Positions 31,835 to 43,101 of a stretch of 64,000 nucleotides of DNA are shown here, piece by piece. Origin of the DNA: Candidatus Latescibacterota bacterium (lineage in GTDB: Bacteria; Latescibacterota; UBA2968; UBA8231); contig OZ242214.1 of assembly GCA_965206595.1 (NCBI GenBank), positions 768,001-832,000 on the forward strand, read 5' to 3'. The position numbers and the translations under genes are program-made. Each line of letters starts with the position of its first letter. Positions within the stretch are counted from its first letter, which is position 1. Below the pieces are notes generated by a model. The model made no database searches. It saw only the letters and a list, made by a program, of their open reading frames with translations, and had not been told where the DNA came from.

Positions 31835-32722
31835 TTATAAGAAGCGATGCTGAGCTTCCCACTCTTCCCACGTCGGCTTGCGGCCTTCGGTGAGCACGAC
31901 AAGCGGCACCCTGCCGCCCGCCAAAGATTTGTTTTTCACGAATTCGGCAGCTTCGCGCTCCACCGCAGTCAAGTCAGCCCGGTCAGGCGTGGGAAAGTAA
32001 CGGAAGTCAATGCTCCAGCGGCATTCCCCGGTCTTGTTCACTTTGCTGGTGTGTACGCAAAGGTTCGACAGGAACAACGCACCGCCAGGTTCAAGAGGAA
32101 CAGGTACTGGAGTGCCGCGCGCTTCAACATCCTCCTCCATGCGGACGTTTAAATCTTTACCTCGTGCACCTTCCAACAAACCCCAACGGTGACTGCCCGG
32201 AATGACCCAGCAGCATCCATTCTCGACTGTCGCTTCGACGAGTGGCACCCACACTGTAACCATGCGCAGACCGCCCGTGTGCCTCTCCTTCTTCCCGATA
32301 ATAAGCTGGTCCATGTATTGGCTGTCCTGATGCCACGGAAACGAAGTAACCACGCTGCCGGGGAGCTTTGTCCGCAACGCCGGGGTGCCGACGTTCGAGA
32401 CCTCGGATCCAAGGAGAAGGCGCAGCACATCGAGAACACCGGGGAGGTTGTAGAGATCGTAAAACTCAGGTCCGAACATCCCGAAATCCCAACTGCGCGG
32501 CGATATACCCAGTTCTTCGCAGACAGCGGCATACCGCCGCCCGAAGGATTCGTCTTCATGGCACGACGACAACTTCCCTTCACTGTACAACTCGCGGCTG
32601 TACGCATCGACCTTTGCCTCGATGAATTCGCGGATCGGCTCCAGATCCCGGGCATCGATAAGGTCTTTGACCACCACATAACCGTCCCGCTCGAAAGCAG
32701 TTCTGATTTCCCGATCTGTCAT
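31835..32722 (-). CDS. PhyH family Fe(II)/2OG dioxygenase
   Basis: [40 protein letters not shown]. Confidence 0.9.
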   Translation of the reverse strand: MTDREIRTAFERDGYVVVKDLIDARDLEPIREFIEAKVDAYSRELYSEGKLSSCHEDESFGRRYAAVCEELGISPRSWDFGMFGPEFYDLYNLPGVLDVLRLLLGSEVSNVGTPALRTKLPGSVVTSFPWHQDSQYMDQLIIGKKERHTGGLRMVTVWVPLVEATVENGCCWVIPGSHRWGLLEGARGKDLNVRMEEDVEARGTPVPVPLEPGGALFLSNLCVHTSKVNKTGECRWSIDFRYFPTPDRADLTAVEREAAEFVKNKSLAGGRVPLVVLTEGRKPTWEEWEAQHRFL

Positions 32723-32797
32723 TCGCCAATCTCCTCCCGTGGCTGTTGCACAATCAATGCTCAGAGGCTCGGTCCTCTCGTCATGTCCCTCCAGGTC

Positions 32798-34417
32798 TCA
32801 CGCGTAGCTGATCGCCACCTCCACGTCCATCAGGACGATGTGCGTCGACTTCTGCACGGCGCCGCGCAGCAGCCGCACCTCCAACTCGTTCCCGCCCTTC
32901 CTCAGCGGCGGGCCGCTCAGGTCGAACTCGATGGTCGCTCCCGCATAGCTGGCGTGGGTGAGCCTGGCGGGAAACCGGCTCCACTCGACGCGGCCCCAGT
33001 CCCCGAAGGTCGTCTTCGCCAGCTGCGAGCCGAGCTGCTCGCCGTTGAGCCACACCTCCATCTCGTCCTCGCCGCTGCAGCCCGTCAGCTTCAGGCTCAG
33101 GACGCACCGCTTCAACGCGCCGTCCGCCGCGGCCGCGGCCACGTCGTCGGCCATCCCGAAGCGGAGCGTCGGACCCCTCGGTGTCAGCGTCTCGGCCAGT
33201 GCGACCGGCAGCTGCGATGCCGGCACCGCGTTCTGGAAGGCGTAGTCGTGCAGGTCCCTGTCCGACAGGTCGCGGCGGTAGTCCCAGCGGAACCGCGTGT
33301 TCTCCATATGGTAGCGCTTGTCGAGCCTGGCAAGGGCCGCCGGGTCTGCAAGCTCGGCGAACATCCTGCGCTTCCACTCCGGCGGCTTGCTGAAGTAGTT
33401 GAACAGGTAGATGCCGGAGGCGCCGGCTTCATAGTGGTGCGCTGCGATGGCGCGGATCACCTCGTCGTCCAGGGCGGGCCGGAGCCGCTCGATGCAACCG
33501 TACACCAGGCAGCCACTGCCCTCGGCGGCCTCCACGAACTCCCCGACCGCCGTCTCGAAGGGGATGAAACCGCCGCCGGCGATGACGATGTCCACCAGCC
33601 CCTCGGCCATCCACGCGGCGACGTCGAGCCCGATTCTGTTGGCGTCGGACAGCGTCGGGGGCACCCTGACGGCGAGATCGATGCGGCGCCCCCGGCCCGC
33701 TCCCACGGCGGCCATCCGGCCCTTGACGTGGCGCACCAGGTCCGTCATCAGATGGCGGTTTGCGTAGCCGCTCTCGAGGGGGAAGAAGGTGGGATGGCGC
33801 ATGAAGTCGAGCTCGACGCCGTCGACGTCGAAGCGCTCGAACAGCTCGCATATGACCCCGGCCATGTGCCTGCGGACCTCGGGGTGGGTGTAGTCGACTC
33901 CGGTCCGCACCCCCCATTCGAGGCTGCCCTCGGGCAAGGTCTCGCCCGGCTTGCCGATCAGGGCCTCGGGGTGCTCGCGCCGGAAGCGGCCGCCTCCCGG
34001 CGTGTCGGGGTCGGTGTCGTAGTGGCTGTTCATCCGCACCGAGGGGAAGATGTCGAGACCGGCCTCCCGGCAGAGCTCCGCCATCGCGGTCAGGGGGCCG
34101 CCCCGTTCGTCGATGAGGCTGCGTATGTTGGCGGCGCAGTTCGCCTGGCGCCGGTCGTCGATCGGCGTGTGCTCCCCGCCTGGAGTCAGGCCCTCCAGGG
34201 ACTCGTATTCCCCGGCTCCGGACATCTCCCCCACGCGGGTCTCGTACTGGTACACCTCCCTGTCGCCGATGCACCACAGCAGCGCCCCCAACGGCGTGCC
34301 GCGGTAGGTGTCCACCATCTTCTCCTTGAGGTCGCGGGCGCTCAGAGGGGGTTGCGCCTCGCTGATGATCCAGCCGTCGTCGTTTACCAGGAGCGGGCGG
34401 TGGGTCGGTACGGACAT
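32798..34417 (-). CDS. Glycoside hydrolase GHL10-like TIM-barrel protein
   Basis: LVNDDG, SVRMNSHY, DYTHPEVR, DGVELDFMRH, GIYLFN; ATG 34417 after GAGGTG. Confidence 0.75.
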   Translation of the reverse strand: MSVPTHRPLLVNDDGWIISEAQPPLSARDLKEKMVDTYRGTPLGALLWCIGDREVYQYETRVGEMSGAGEYESLEGLTPGGEHTPIDDRRQANCAANIRSLIDERGGPLTAMAELCREAGLDIFPSVRMNSHYDTDPDTPGGGRFRREHPEALIGKPGETLPEGSLEWGVRTGVDYTHPEVRRHMAGVICELFERFDVDGVELDFMRHPTFFPLESGYANRHLMTDLVRHVKGRMAAVGAGRGRRIDLAVRVPPTLSDANRIGLDVAAWMAEGLVDIVIAGGGFIPFETAVGEFVEAAEGSGCLVYGCIERLRPALDDEVIRAIAAHHYEAGASGIYLFNYFSKPPEWKRRMFAELADPAALARLDKRYHMENTRFRWDYRRDLSDRDLHDYAFQNAVPASQLPVALAETLTPRGPTLRFGMADDVAAAAADGALKRCVLSLKLTGCSGEDEMEVWLNGEQLGSQLAKTTFGDWGRVEWSRFPARLTHASYAGATIEFDLSGPPLRKGGNELEVRLLRGAVQKSTHIVLMDVEVAISYA

Positions 34418-34768
34418 TGCGTCACCTCGTTTGGTCAGGAAGTCATGGAAGCGTTGGCGTATCGAAAAATACTCCCGGGGGTAGTCCATGTCTCCAGAAA
34501 AAACCCAGGGTTCCCGGCAAAGCTCGCGTCTCCGGGTCACGGGCGGGCCATCCTTTCATCCGGGGCGATCGTGGCTTCTTCCTGGAAAGAATCGAGGCGG
34601 TCGCGAAAGTGTGCGTTGAACGCCCGGGGAAAATGGAGGAGTTGGGAGGCAAAAAGAAATCGGCAATCGGGGGAGCCCCCCGGGTGTGGTCGAGAGACCG
34701 CGGTCGAATCAAATTTCGAATCTCAAGAAGTTGGAGTTCACTCAAATGCGCAGGAGGGGCTTGCTCTC

Positions 34769-35887
34769 ATGGCTCAGGTTCTATCTCACCGCACCGTCGT
34801 CCGCGACGGCTGGCACAACATGTGTTCCGACCTCTGCTTCTGGCGGGACACCTTCTGGCTGGTCCACGATCGAACTTCGGCACACACAGCGCCCGACGGG
34901 GTCGTCGTCCTGCTGCGCTCGGCGGACCTGAGACGCTGGGACGAGATCGCCGTCTTCAGGACGCCCAACGACGCCAGGGACGCGAAGCTGGCGGCAACCG
35001 ACGATGAGCTCTTCGTGTTCTGCGCCGACAGCAGGTATGAACCGGTCGCCGGACGGCAGCGGCAGGTGGTCCACCCTTACGTCTTCGTTTCGGACGACGG
35101 CTACAGGTGGTCGGCGCCGATGCAGATCTACGACCGAAACTACTGGATGTGGCGCGTGCGGTTGCACCAAGGGGTCTTCTACTGCGCCGAAAAGGGGGGC
35201 GAGCTCCTGTCCAGCCGGGACGGCCGCAACTGGACGTTCGTTTCCAGAATTCCCGATGGTGAGGGAAAAAGCCGGCAGGAGCTGCAGGAAGCCCGCGAGC
35301 TCGACCACCGCACGACGCCGCGATTCAACGAAGCGGACGTCATCTTCCGGCCCGACGGGGAGCTGTGGTGCGTATCCCGGACGAGGGAGCCCGACCAGCA
35401 TTCGCTCCTCTACACTTCCGCCCCCCCATACAAGGAGTGGTCGTGCGTGGACCTCGAGACGCTGATCCACTGTCCGGCGCTGTGCGAATCGGGGGGGAAG
35501 GTGTACGTGGCCGGGCGCCGCGACCCCACCGCGCCCTGGGTCCCGCAGCACTCACCCCCGGGCAACACCGGGATCTTCCTGCTGGATCGGAATGGGGTGA
35601 CCCCGATCTTCGCGCTGCCGAGCGACGGGGACGCGGCCTATCCGGGTCTTCTCTCGCTGGAGGCCGAGCGGCTGATCGTCAGCTACTACTCGCAGCACGC
35701 CTATCTGAGCGGCGCGGTCGAGGGCGAGAGGAGGTCCCTTCACCACATCGAGCGGTGGGGTTCTCTGCGGCGAGAAGCGCCCCCGCCCGACTACCCCCAC
35801 GAGCTGTCGCACTTCAAGTCGGGACCTGCCGACATCTTCGTCGCCGAAATCGACCTGGCGGCCGCGAACGCGGAGGCGTCATTCTGA
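34769..35887 (+). CDS. Sialidase/BNR-like beta-propeller protein
   Basis: HNMCSDL, LRSADLRRW, DARDAKL, SDDGYRW, SRDGRNW, LPSDGDAAYPG, SYYSQH; RBS AGGAGG. Confidence 0.75.
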   Translation: MAQVLSHRTVVRDGWHNMCSDLCFWRDTFWLVHDRTSAHTAPDGVVVLLRSADLRRWDEIAVFRTPNDARDAKLAATDDELFVFCADSRYEPVAGRQRQVVHPYVFVSDDGYRWSAPMQIYDRNYWMWRVRLHQGVFYCAEKGGELLSSRDGRNWTFVSRIPDGEGKSRQELQEARELDHRTTPRFNEADVIFRPDGELWCVSRTREPDQHSLLYTSAPPYKEWSCVDLETLIHCPALCESGGKVYVAGRRDPTAPWVPQHSPPGNTGIFLLDRNGVTPIFALPSDGDAAYPGLLSLEAERLIVSYYSQHAYLSGAVEGERRSLHHIERWGSLRREAPPPDYPHELSHFKSGPADIFVAEIDLAAANAEASF

Positions 35888-35919
35888 GGTTGCCCCCACC
35901 CGATTACGTGCTCGGTGGC

Positions 35920-36035
35920 CCAGTACGCCACGTATAGAACGGCGGACCTTTTCGACTGCGACCCGTCCGTCTGTACCTGGACGCGCCCCACGTAGATGCC
36001 CGGCGGCACGACCAGCCCGCTGTCGTCGCGTGCGG
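35920..36035 (-). pseudogene. Orphan C-terminal fragment of a FlgD-Ig-type secreted protein
   Basis: RDDSGLVVPPGIYVGRVQVQTD...VLYVAY with no upstream coding region. Confidence 0.45.
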
Positions 36036-38873
36036 GCTGCCGCCGGCCCCTGCGCCCGGATCCCGGATGGTGCCTTCTGTCAAACGCGGTGCGCCGCGCG
36101 CAGGCCGGTGAGCGAGGCGCTCAAGAGGAGCCTGCCAATGATTCCATGCGAATGGTCGCAACGCCCAAGGACGGAATATCGATGTTTCCATCTACAACCA
36201 TTCCCCTTTCTTCGCCGGCGCTGCTCATCCTAAATTCCCAGGCTTCCGAACCAGGCCAATCAATGCTGACACTCTCGGTTTTGTTTGACAGGGACCGCAG
36301 GCGCAGAATAATACCTTTTCCGTCTGCGCTGGGCTTCAAGGTCGACGCAAATACGTTTGGATTGTCGATTGCCAGCCATGGCTTTCCAATCGGATTTTTC
36401 CCCGCAGGGACAGCTAAAAGAGGCTGATGCCCGTTCAAGGCAAATCTTTGAGCCTGGGCACCATCGTAGTCCCCGTGCGGCAGCATCTGGTAGCGGAACG
36501 AAATTCTACCGCCTTGCTCCAGAGGGAAATTGGTATGCCAGTGATTGTTCAACGCCCACGAGATCACTGTCTCCGATTTGGGCAGAAACTGTATCCATTC
36601 ATCAGAACCGTTTGCTCCGCCCAGGATGTTGGCGGTAAGGTCGCCGAACTGAACCACAGGGCTTTCAATTGAAACCCAGGTGATTCCGCCCTCGGCATCG
36701 GAAACATCTATCCATCGCTGCATAGCCAGCCAGTTACGGTTGCCCCCGGGAAGTTGGTCCGTTCCCGGGGTCATGATGCCCCAGGGGATATCCATACGAA
36801 CGATACCTCCAGGGGCATTGAAGGGGAAGCCGAAATGTACCCCTTCTTTTTCCCGGGTGGAAATCTTGTCGAGTGTATTTACCAGTTCCACATGAGGCTG
36901 CCCTGCGATGACCCTTATTTCCCTGGTTATGGAATTACAGCCCTTGCCATCCGCCTCGACGACTAAGCTGCCGAGCAACGGTCCGTGCTCGTTAACCGAC
37001 ACAATCGCGTTGCTTGTGCTGGTCGCCTTGCTTCGATCGACGCCGGGCAGATACCAGTAGGAATTCATTCCGAATCTGGATTCCCCATCGACATAGTCGC
37101 GCATATTCTTCCGATCCAGAAGTTTGGTGATATTCCCGGTTTCGGGATCGACATCCACCTGGATCAGGGAATTCCCAATGGTATTCCCGGCAACGCTGCA
37201 ATCGCCGCCAGGCAACGGGTTGTCTTCGGTTATGTGATAGAGCCGCGAGCCGAACGCCGGGATGTCTGCGCTCCAAAACGCGAGTTCCCCCGTGGACAGT
37301 CTTTGCGAAGGGACTTTCTGTTTCAGGTCATTCACCACACAATCCCCTGTCTTGCTTTGTTCGAGAGAAAGTGTGATCAGGCCCGAGCGTTTCCATGACT
37401 GGGTATTGAGAACGACAATCGAGTTGCTGCCGGGGGCGGCGATCGAGCCCAGGGTGCTTTCCAGCAACTCACGGCTGGTTTTGTCGGCATTCTCGAAATA
37501 GGATGCCTTCGTCGCTTCAATTTCCCTGGCGATGGGATCTTCAGGGTTCCAATATCCCCAGGTATGTTCACTGCCGAGGAGAACGTACCGCCAGGAATCC
37601 CTGAAGGCCTCGAGAGGAGCTTTTTCATTGCGATTGAGCATGCTCCAGAGGATTTCCGTTTGTACGAGCCGCTCCTTGGCGCAGCGATTCATTCCTCCAC
37701 GGCGAGCGTCGGTCCCCTGGCCGTCGGTCCAGTATTCAGTGTAATCCCCTTTGACTTCAGGGATGATGTCGGCATAACGCCGCTCGAATTCGGCCATGAT
37801 CTGGTCAGTGCCGGCGATGACGAGTTTGGGATAAGCGTACTTTTCATTCCAAAGCCTTACCGCTTCAGGCAGATCGGCATCGATGAGGGCATTGTCCGCC
37901 ATCGCCCAGGTCATGACGAATATCTCATATGGATGGCCGGCTTCCTCGAGTTTGGCTATCTCATCAAAAATAAATGGATCCAGAAAGTTGGCCTCCGGAT
38001 CGTCGGTGCGAAGGCGATCCAGGTCTGACGTGTAAGTCTGGATTTTTCTATTCCGTAAATTTCCGCACCCTTTATCAAAAAGCCGTAACCATACGGCCAT
38101 CCCTGCATAAAGAAGATGCGTGTTTTCCTGTCAGGGGCGATCCAATAGAACGCTTTCTGATCCCAGGTAATCCGGGCACTGCCAATGCGATCGAAATGGT
38201 TGGGAAATAGAAAGAAACCGCGCACGCCGTTCTGGGCAGCCGCCTGCACCGTACCCCAGCTGGCGCCCGGGATATCGAACTGCACCATGGTTTCAATTGG
38301 CGCACCGGTAAGCTTGCGGAGCTCATGGCAATTGTTGAACAGACGGATAATCTCTTCGTCGGAAGAGACGCTGGTGTTCTGATTGCCGAAAGTGGCATTG
38401 AGGCCAATACGCCCCTGCTTCACCGCCTTGACGAAGTCATTGCGTTTTTCAGCGCCCGCCTGCTCGAGATAGCCCTCTACCGCCCAGGTAACTTCCGGAT
38501 TCCAGACGAATTTCGCTCCTTCGGGATAATCGGCGGTTTTGTCCGCCATATCGATTCCGACATCTATATTGCGCATATGAAGCTTTTTGACGGTTTCCTG
38601 CGGGGCGGTATAGCCGATATCCACGTGTGAGTGGGGATAGATATAAACCGTCCACTGACGCAGCGGAGCGATGCTCACCGTCTTCTGCAACACCTGACTG
38701 GCAGTTTTCAGGGTAAACGACACCTCCGCTGTATTTTCAACGGCAACGCCTTCAGGAAGCGTAATGGAAATGCTGTCCCGCCCTTCCGGAAAAGGTTCGA
38801 CATCGGTGGCTTCGGGGAAATTCCCGCCTTCGACACTCAGGGTCGCCGGTTCGTGAAGCCTGCCTCCTGTCAC

Positions 38874-40734
38874 CCCTTGTTATTCATGGAATTTTAGTGG
38901 AGAGGGCTGTACTGGGTGCCTCCCATGCTTAGATTTCAGAGGGAAACACAAGGCAGTATCGCCCTTTGAACCCATCACACAGTAGGACACCCAATGGGTG
39001 AATTACCGTCACACACCGAGTCCGAGCAAGCCGGGCCGATTCAGCCGTCTTTCAACCGCTCCATCCACATCGAAGCCCGCCCCACCCACCTTGGCAGCGA
39101 CACCGGTGCGCTGATGTTGCGTCAACTGCTCGAACACAGCCGGGTTCTGGATTGGCTCGACGCCCACTTCGAGGATCTCCGTACCCAAGACCAGATCACG
39201 CACCCGCTGCCGGAGCTGCTGCGCACACAGATCGTGCTGCTGGCACAGGGCTGGACCCACGCCGCCGACGCCGACGCGTTGCGCCAAGATCCGATCCTGC
39301 GTCTGGCGGTCAGCGATCGCAAAGGGCAGGCGCCGTTGCGCAGCGGCGACGAAGACCGGCCGCAGGGACTGGCCAGTCAGCCGACGCTGTCGCGCCTGCT
39401 CGAGCAAGCCTCGACTGCCTATAACCGCGAGGTGTTGGAGGAAGCCGTCCTGCGCAGCGCCCGGTCTCGTTGCCGGCTGCTGGAAGGACGGATGAAATAC
39501 GAGGAGTTGGCCGTCGACATGGATGCCCTGCCGATGCCGGCGCACGGGCACCAGGCGGGGGTCGAATACAACGGCTACTTCCACGCCTCGGGGTACCATC
39601 CCCTGCTCCTCGGCTCGGCGCAGACGGGCGATTTCTTCGGTGCCGTGCTGCGGCCGGGCAACGTGCACGCCCATGAGGGCGCCTCAGAGGCTCTCGGCAA
39701 GCGCTTGGACTGGATTCAGTCGCATCTGGCCCGGCGCCTCATCCTGCGCTTCGACGCGGCCTCGGTGAGCGGGTCTTTCCTGAGTGAGCTGGAAGCGCGG
39801 GCCGACACCTCGTACGTGGCGCGCATCAAGAAGAATGCGCGCCTGGAGGAGCTGGCTCGTGCCTGGGTGGAAGGCTATCAGCAGGAGCTGGCGCAGCACC
39901 CGGAAGAGCTGCGGGAAGAGGGTTTTCGCTGTCGCGAGCTGCGCTATCAAGCCAGGTCCTGGGCGCAGCCCCGGCGGGTGGTGTTGGTCCTGGTCCCTTC
40001 CGAGACGGAAGAGCTGCCCATCGCCCGCCACTTCTTCCTGATCACCGACCAGAGTCCCCAGACGATGAGCGGCCGCGACCTGGTCGCCTTTTATCGTCAG
40101 CGCGGCCTTTTCGAGCGCATGCTCGGCGAGTTGAGCTCCACCCTCCAGCCTCAGCTCTCCTCTACCACCCGTCGCAAGCAACACTACCGGGGTCGAGAGC
40201 CGCGTCAGCGCACCCCGTCCCGGGATGCCTTCGCTGCCAACCAGGCGCTTCTGACCTTGAACCTGCTGGCCTACAACCTGCTTCACCTGGGCCGCCAGGC
40301 CGCCGAACGCGCCGAGGCCCGACGCGGGCGGCCCCGCACATACGGACGCTCGACGACGGCCCTGAGCCTGGACAGTTTTCGACGGCGCTACCTGCGCCTG
40401 CCGTCCCGCGTCACCTTGCATGGGCGCAGGGTGGGCGTCATCCTGACCCAAGGGACGGCGGCTGCCTGGGATCGTCTGTGGAGATTTCTGGCCACGCTCA
40501 AACCGGTGGACGCGGCGATGGCGTAAGCGCAGGCCGGGTCGGTCGGGATGATGGGCTCGCAAAGGCAAGCGTCTTCGAGAAGGCGCGTACAATTTCAACA
40601 AGGTCGGTAGAGATAAGGAGACGGCTCTACCCAAAAAGCCGACTATAGAAGGGACGCAAGCCTCTGAGGCTAAGCAAAGGGGTCTCGGAAGCGCCTATGT
40701 CCGCTTATGCGCGGGTTGAATGAATAACAAAGGG
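38874..40734 (+). mobile_element. IS1380-family insertion sequence (copy 1)
   Basis: IRs cccttgttattcat / atgaataacaaaggg; TCA on both flanks; near-identical to 50137-51997. Confidence 0.9.
38994..40526 (+). CDS. IS1380-family DDE transposase
   Basis: SDTGALML, LASQPTLSRL, VDMD, YNGYF..YHPL, LRPGN, RFDA, FYRQRG..E. Confidence 0.9.
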   Translation: MGELPSHTESEQAGPIQPSFNRSIHIEARPTHLGSDTGALMLRQLLEHSRVLDWLDAHFEDLRTQDQITHPLPELLRTQIVLLAQGWTHAADADALRQDPILRLAVSDRKGQAPLRSGDEDRPQGLASQPTLSRLLEQASTAYNREVLEEAVLRSARSRCRLLEGRMKYEELAVDMDALPMPAHGHQAGVEYNGYFHASGYHPLLLGSAQTGDFFGAVLRPGNVHAHEGASEALGKRLDWIQSHLARRLILRFDAASVSGSFLSELEARADTSYVARIKKNARLEELARAWVEGYQQELAQHPEELREEGFRCRELRYQARSWAQPRRVVLVLVPSETEELPIARHFFLITDQSPQTMSGRDLVAFYRQRGLFERMLGELSSTLQPQLSSTTRRKQHYRGREPRQRTPSRDAFAANQALLTLNLLAYNLLHLGRQAAERAEARRGRPRTYGRSTTALSLDSFRRRYLRLPSRVTLHGRRVGVILTQGTAAAWDRLWRFLATLKPVDAAMA

Positions 40735-40984
40735 TCAGGGAAACCGTTACCTGCCGCCCCGCCTTGCCGTCGCTGCGATGGCCATAAGCGCGGCCGGGGA
40801 CCACCTGCATGTCATCCAGACGGGAAATAGCATCTTCTTTCATCGGTTCTTTTCTTTATTCCAGGACCGGAAGCGCTAACGAGGCAGGGGACCTGTTGGG
40901 AACTGTTGAAGGGAATGGGGTAGTTGGGGTCCGCATCGACCTGGCATCCGCCCCACTCACTATCCTCGGACAGGGCGAAGGCCG

Positions 40985-41083
40985 CGCCTCGCGCATCCAC
41001 TTCTCGACGCGCTCGAGGTTCGCATCCGGATCACCCATGACGCTGTGCATTGCGATCGCGGCGACCCGCGCCGTGTCATTCAT
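40985..41083 (-). pseudogene. Carbon-nitrogen hydrolase (nitrilase-like) N-terminal fragment
   Basis: MNDTARVAAIAMHSVMGDPDANLERVEKWMREA, then loss of similarity before the expected FPE motif. Confidence 0.5.
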
Positions 41084-41089
41084 CCGTAT

Positions 41090-41959
41090 TCATTCCGAAG
41101 CATGCCGAGAGGTTCCGTTGGCTACGTAATGCCGGTAGAGCGGCTTCACCTCCTCCGGCAGCCCTTCGTACACGTCCCGGCGCAGCGGCTCCATCTCGTA
41201 GTTCTTGCCGCGGGTCTCCACCACCATCATCTCGTGCTCCGGCGTGCCTGTCTGCGCCGGATTCAGGTTCAGCCACCAGGGAGCGTAGCGCACGATCAGC
41301 GCCACCCGGGGGCTGCCGCTCCGGTTGGGGGCCACCGCGTGCCACTGCCGGCTGTCGGAGAGCAGCACCGATCCCGCCCTGCCCTCGGCGTGAATCTCGG
41401 CCGGCTGGGGTGCCTCGTGGTCGAACCCGGGGAGGTCTCCCTGCGCCGGATTGTGGTCCTTCCGGTGCGTGCCCGGCAACAGCAGCGTCCCGCCGTTGGC
41501 CGCGGAGAAGTCGGTCAGCATCCACAGCGACGACGCGTGCATCATCGCGTCCTGGTAGGGGGCGCGGACGTTGGAGGCGTTGGTCTGGTTGAACGGCCAG
41601 TCCGCGTGCCAGTAGCCGCGCTCGTTGCCCGGGTGGTTGACCACGGCGTCGGTGCAGGAGATCCGCAGCCAGGGGCCGAAGAAGACCTCGAGGGCCCCGA
41701 CGATCCGCCGGTCGGCCAGGAACGGCGCGAACGACTGGTCGTGGTTGAGCACCTGCTTGAGGACGCCGACGCCGCGGGCTCCGATGCGGTGGCCCCTGGC
41801 GCGTGTCGCCCTCTCCCTGGCCTGGTTGGCGGCGTCGTTGGCCTCCTGCGCCCGCACGACGCGCTCCCGAATCCTGCCGACCTCCCCGGCGGGGATGACG
41901 TCCTCGACGATACAGTAGCCGTTTTCCCTGATCTGCTGCGCTATTTCAGCTGGTTCCAT
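41090..41959 (-). CDS. PhyH family Fe(II)/2OG dioxygenase
   Basis: ENGY, YWHADWP, WMLTDF..NGGT..LPGTH, QWHA, PRVAL. Confidence 0.9.
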   Translation of the reverse strand: MEPAEIAQQIRENGYCIVEDVIPAGEVGRIRERVVRAQEANDAANQARERATRARGHRIGARGVGVLKQVLNHDQSFAPFLADRRIVGALEVFFGPWLRISCTDAVVNHPGNERGYWHADWPFNQTNASNVRAPYQDAMMHASSLWMLTDFSAANGGTLLLPGTHRKDHNPAQGDLPGFDHEAPQPAEIHAEGRAGSVLLSDSRQWHAVAPNRSGSPRVALIVRYAPWWLNLNPAQTGTPEHEMMVVETRGKNYEMEPLRRDVYEGLPEEVKPLYRHYVANGTSRHASE

Positions 41960-42234
41960 GCGGCTGTCCTTTGCCCAAGAGCAGGTTCAGTTTCCGGACC
42001 GGTAGGATTGCCAGGGAGCGGTTTCCTGGCAAGTTGCATGGTCCTGTGTGCATGATTGGCGCAGAAACGCGCCGACACGTGCGGAAATCCCTGCAGCATA
42101 CGGGGCGAGGTAACCTGGACGAACCAGAACACCCTGTCGTTCGACCGGCAGACAGGGGCGCTGCCCCTGCATCGGAACTTCCCCGATCACGCCGCAACCT
42201 GCTTGCGGATTACCCGGAAAAATGGAAGGAAATC

Positions 42235-43035
42235 ATGCCCAATCCCGAAACGAATGCCGACAATCTGCCGCAGATCCCGCTTACGGAAGAACAACGCTTT
42301 CTCTTCGATACCCGGGGGTGGCTTCTGATCCCCGGCGTTCTAAACGAATCGGAGATTCAGGAGATGCGGGAGTTCTGCTACCGGCTCCAACAGGAACCGC
42401 GTTCGATTCCCGAGCACCACCGCTATTCCATCGGCGGTCCCCTGGAGCGCCTGACCGACCATCCGGCGGTTCTCGGGTTCATGAACGAGTTCCTGGCCTC
42501 CGGCAACGCCAACGAGAACTGTTACGACTTCCGGCAGGAAGGCACGTTTCTGACCATCCGCGCGAACGGTCACGACAACTTCCGGCCCCACGGCGGGCGC
42601 GGGATGCTCTTTCCCGGCAACTCCCATACCTATCACCTGAACCACGACAAGGCCCACAGCGGGTTGACGCGCGTCGTCTGGGAGCTCAACCCGGTTCGGA
42701 AAGGCTGCGGCGGAACCATGTTCCTCACCGGCAGCCACAAGGGGGCGTTCCCCGCTCCGCAATCGACCGCGGATCCCGGATCCCCGTTGTGGGAGGACTA
42801 CACCTGCCCCGCCGGCTCCCTGCTGTTCTTCACCGAGGCGATCACACATACCGGCGCCCGATGGACGGACGAGAGCGTCGACCGGGTGGCGATCTTCAAC
42901 TGCTACAATACCGTCGGCAGCAAGTGGCACAGCTGGGAACCACATCCGCAGCACCTCGAGGAGATGCCGTTCCAGCGGCAGACCCTCTTTCGGCCCGTCC
43001 ACTGCGACCATACCCCGACGTTGGATGATGCTTAG
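42235..43035 (+). CDS. PhyH family Fe(II)/2OG enzyme with HxG in place of HxD
   Basis: FDTRGW, RPHGG, GGTMFLTGSHK, TEAITHTG, DRVAIF; ATG 42235 after GAAGGA. Confidence 0.85.
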   Translation: MPNPETNADNLPQIPLTEEQRFLFDTRGWLLIPGVLNESEIQEMREFCYRLQQEPRSIPEHHRYSIGGPLERLTDHPAVLGFMNEFLASGNANENCYDFRQEGTFLTIRANGHDNFRPHGGRGMLFPGNSHTYHLNHDKAHSGLTRVVWELNPVRKGCGGTMFLTGSHKGAFPAPQSTADPGSPLWEDYTCPAGSLLFFTEAITHTGARWTDESVDRVAIFNCYNTVGSKWHSWEPHPQHLEEMPFQRQTLFRPVHCDHTPTLDDA

Positions 43036-43101
43036 GGATTCTGGGCCGCTTGATTTACTGGGTGACACTGGACCGCAAAGAGCAGGGTTCGAGCCCTTTG
43101 C

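Larger units (their letters stand above)
36121..40843 (-). pseudogene. Glycoside hydrolase family 38 (alpha-mannosidase-like), interrupted by IS1380; 1-nt frameshift at ~38045
   Basis: HSHVDIGY, QFDIPG, EHTWG, NNHWHTNF; N-terminus MKEDAISRL...GRQVTVSL at 40843-40735 joins in frame to TGGRLHEP once the IS is removed. Confidence 0.85.

Noticed and set aside
32189-35887. 1232-aa ORF on the + strand
   Set aside because: Its first ~860 codons are the antisense shadow of the PhyH and GHL10-like genes; the real gene starts at 34769 with its own RBS.
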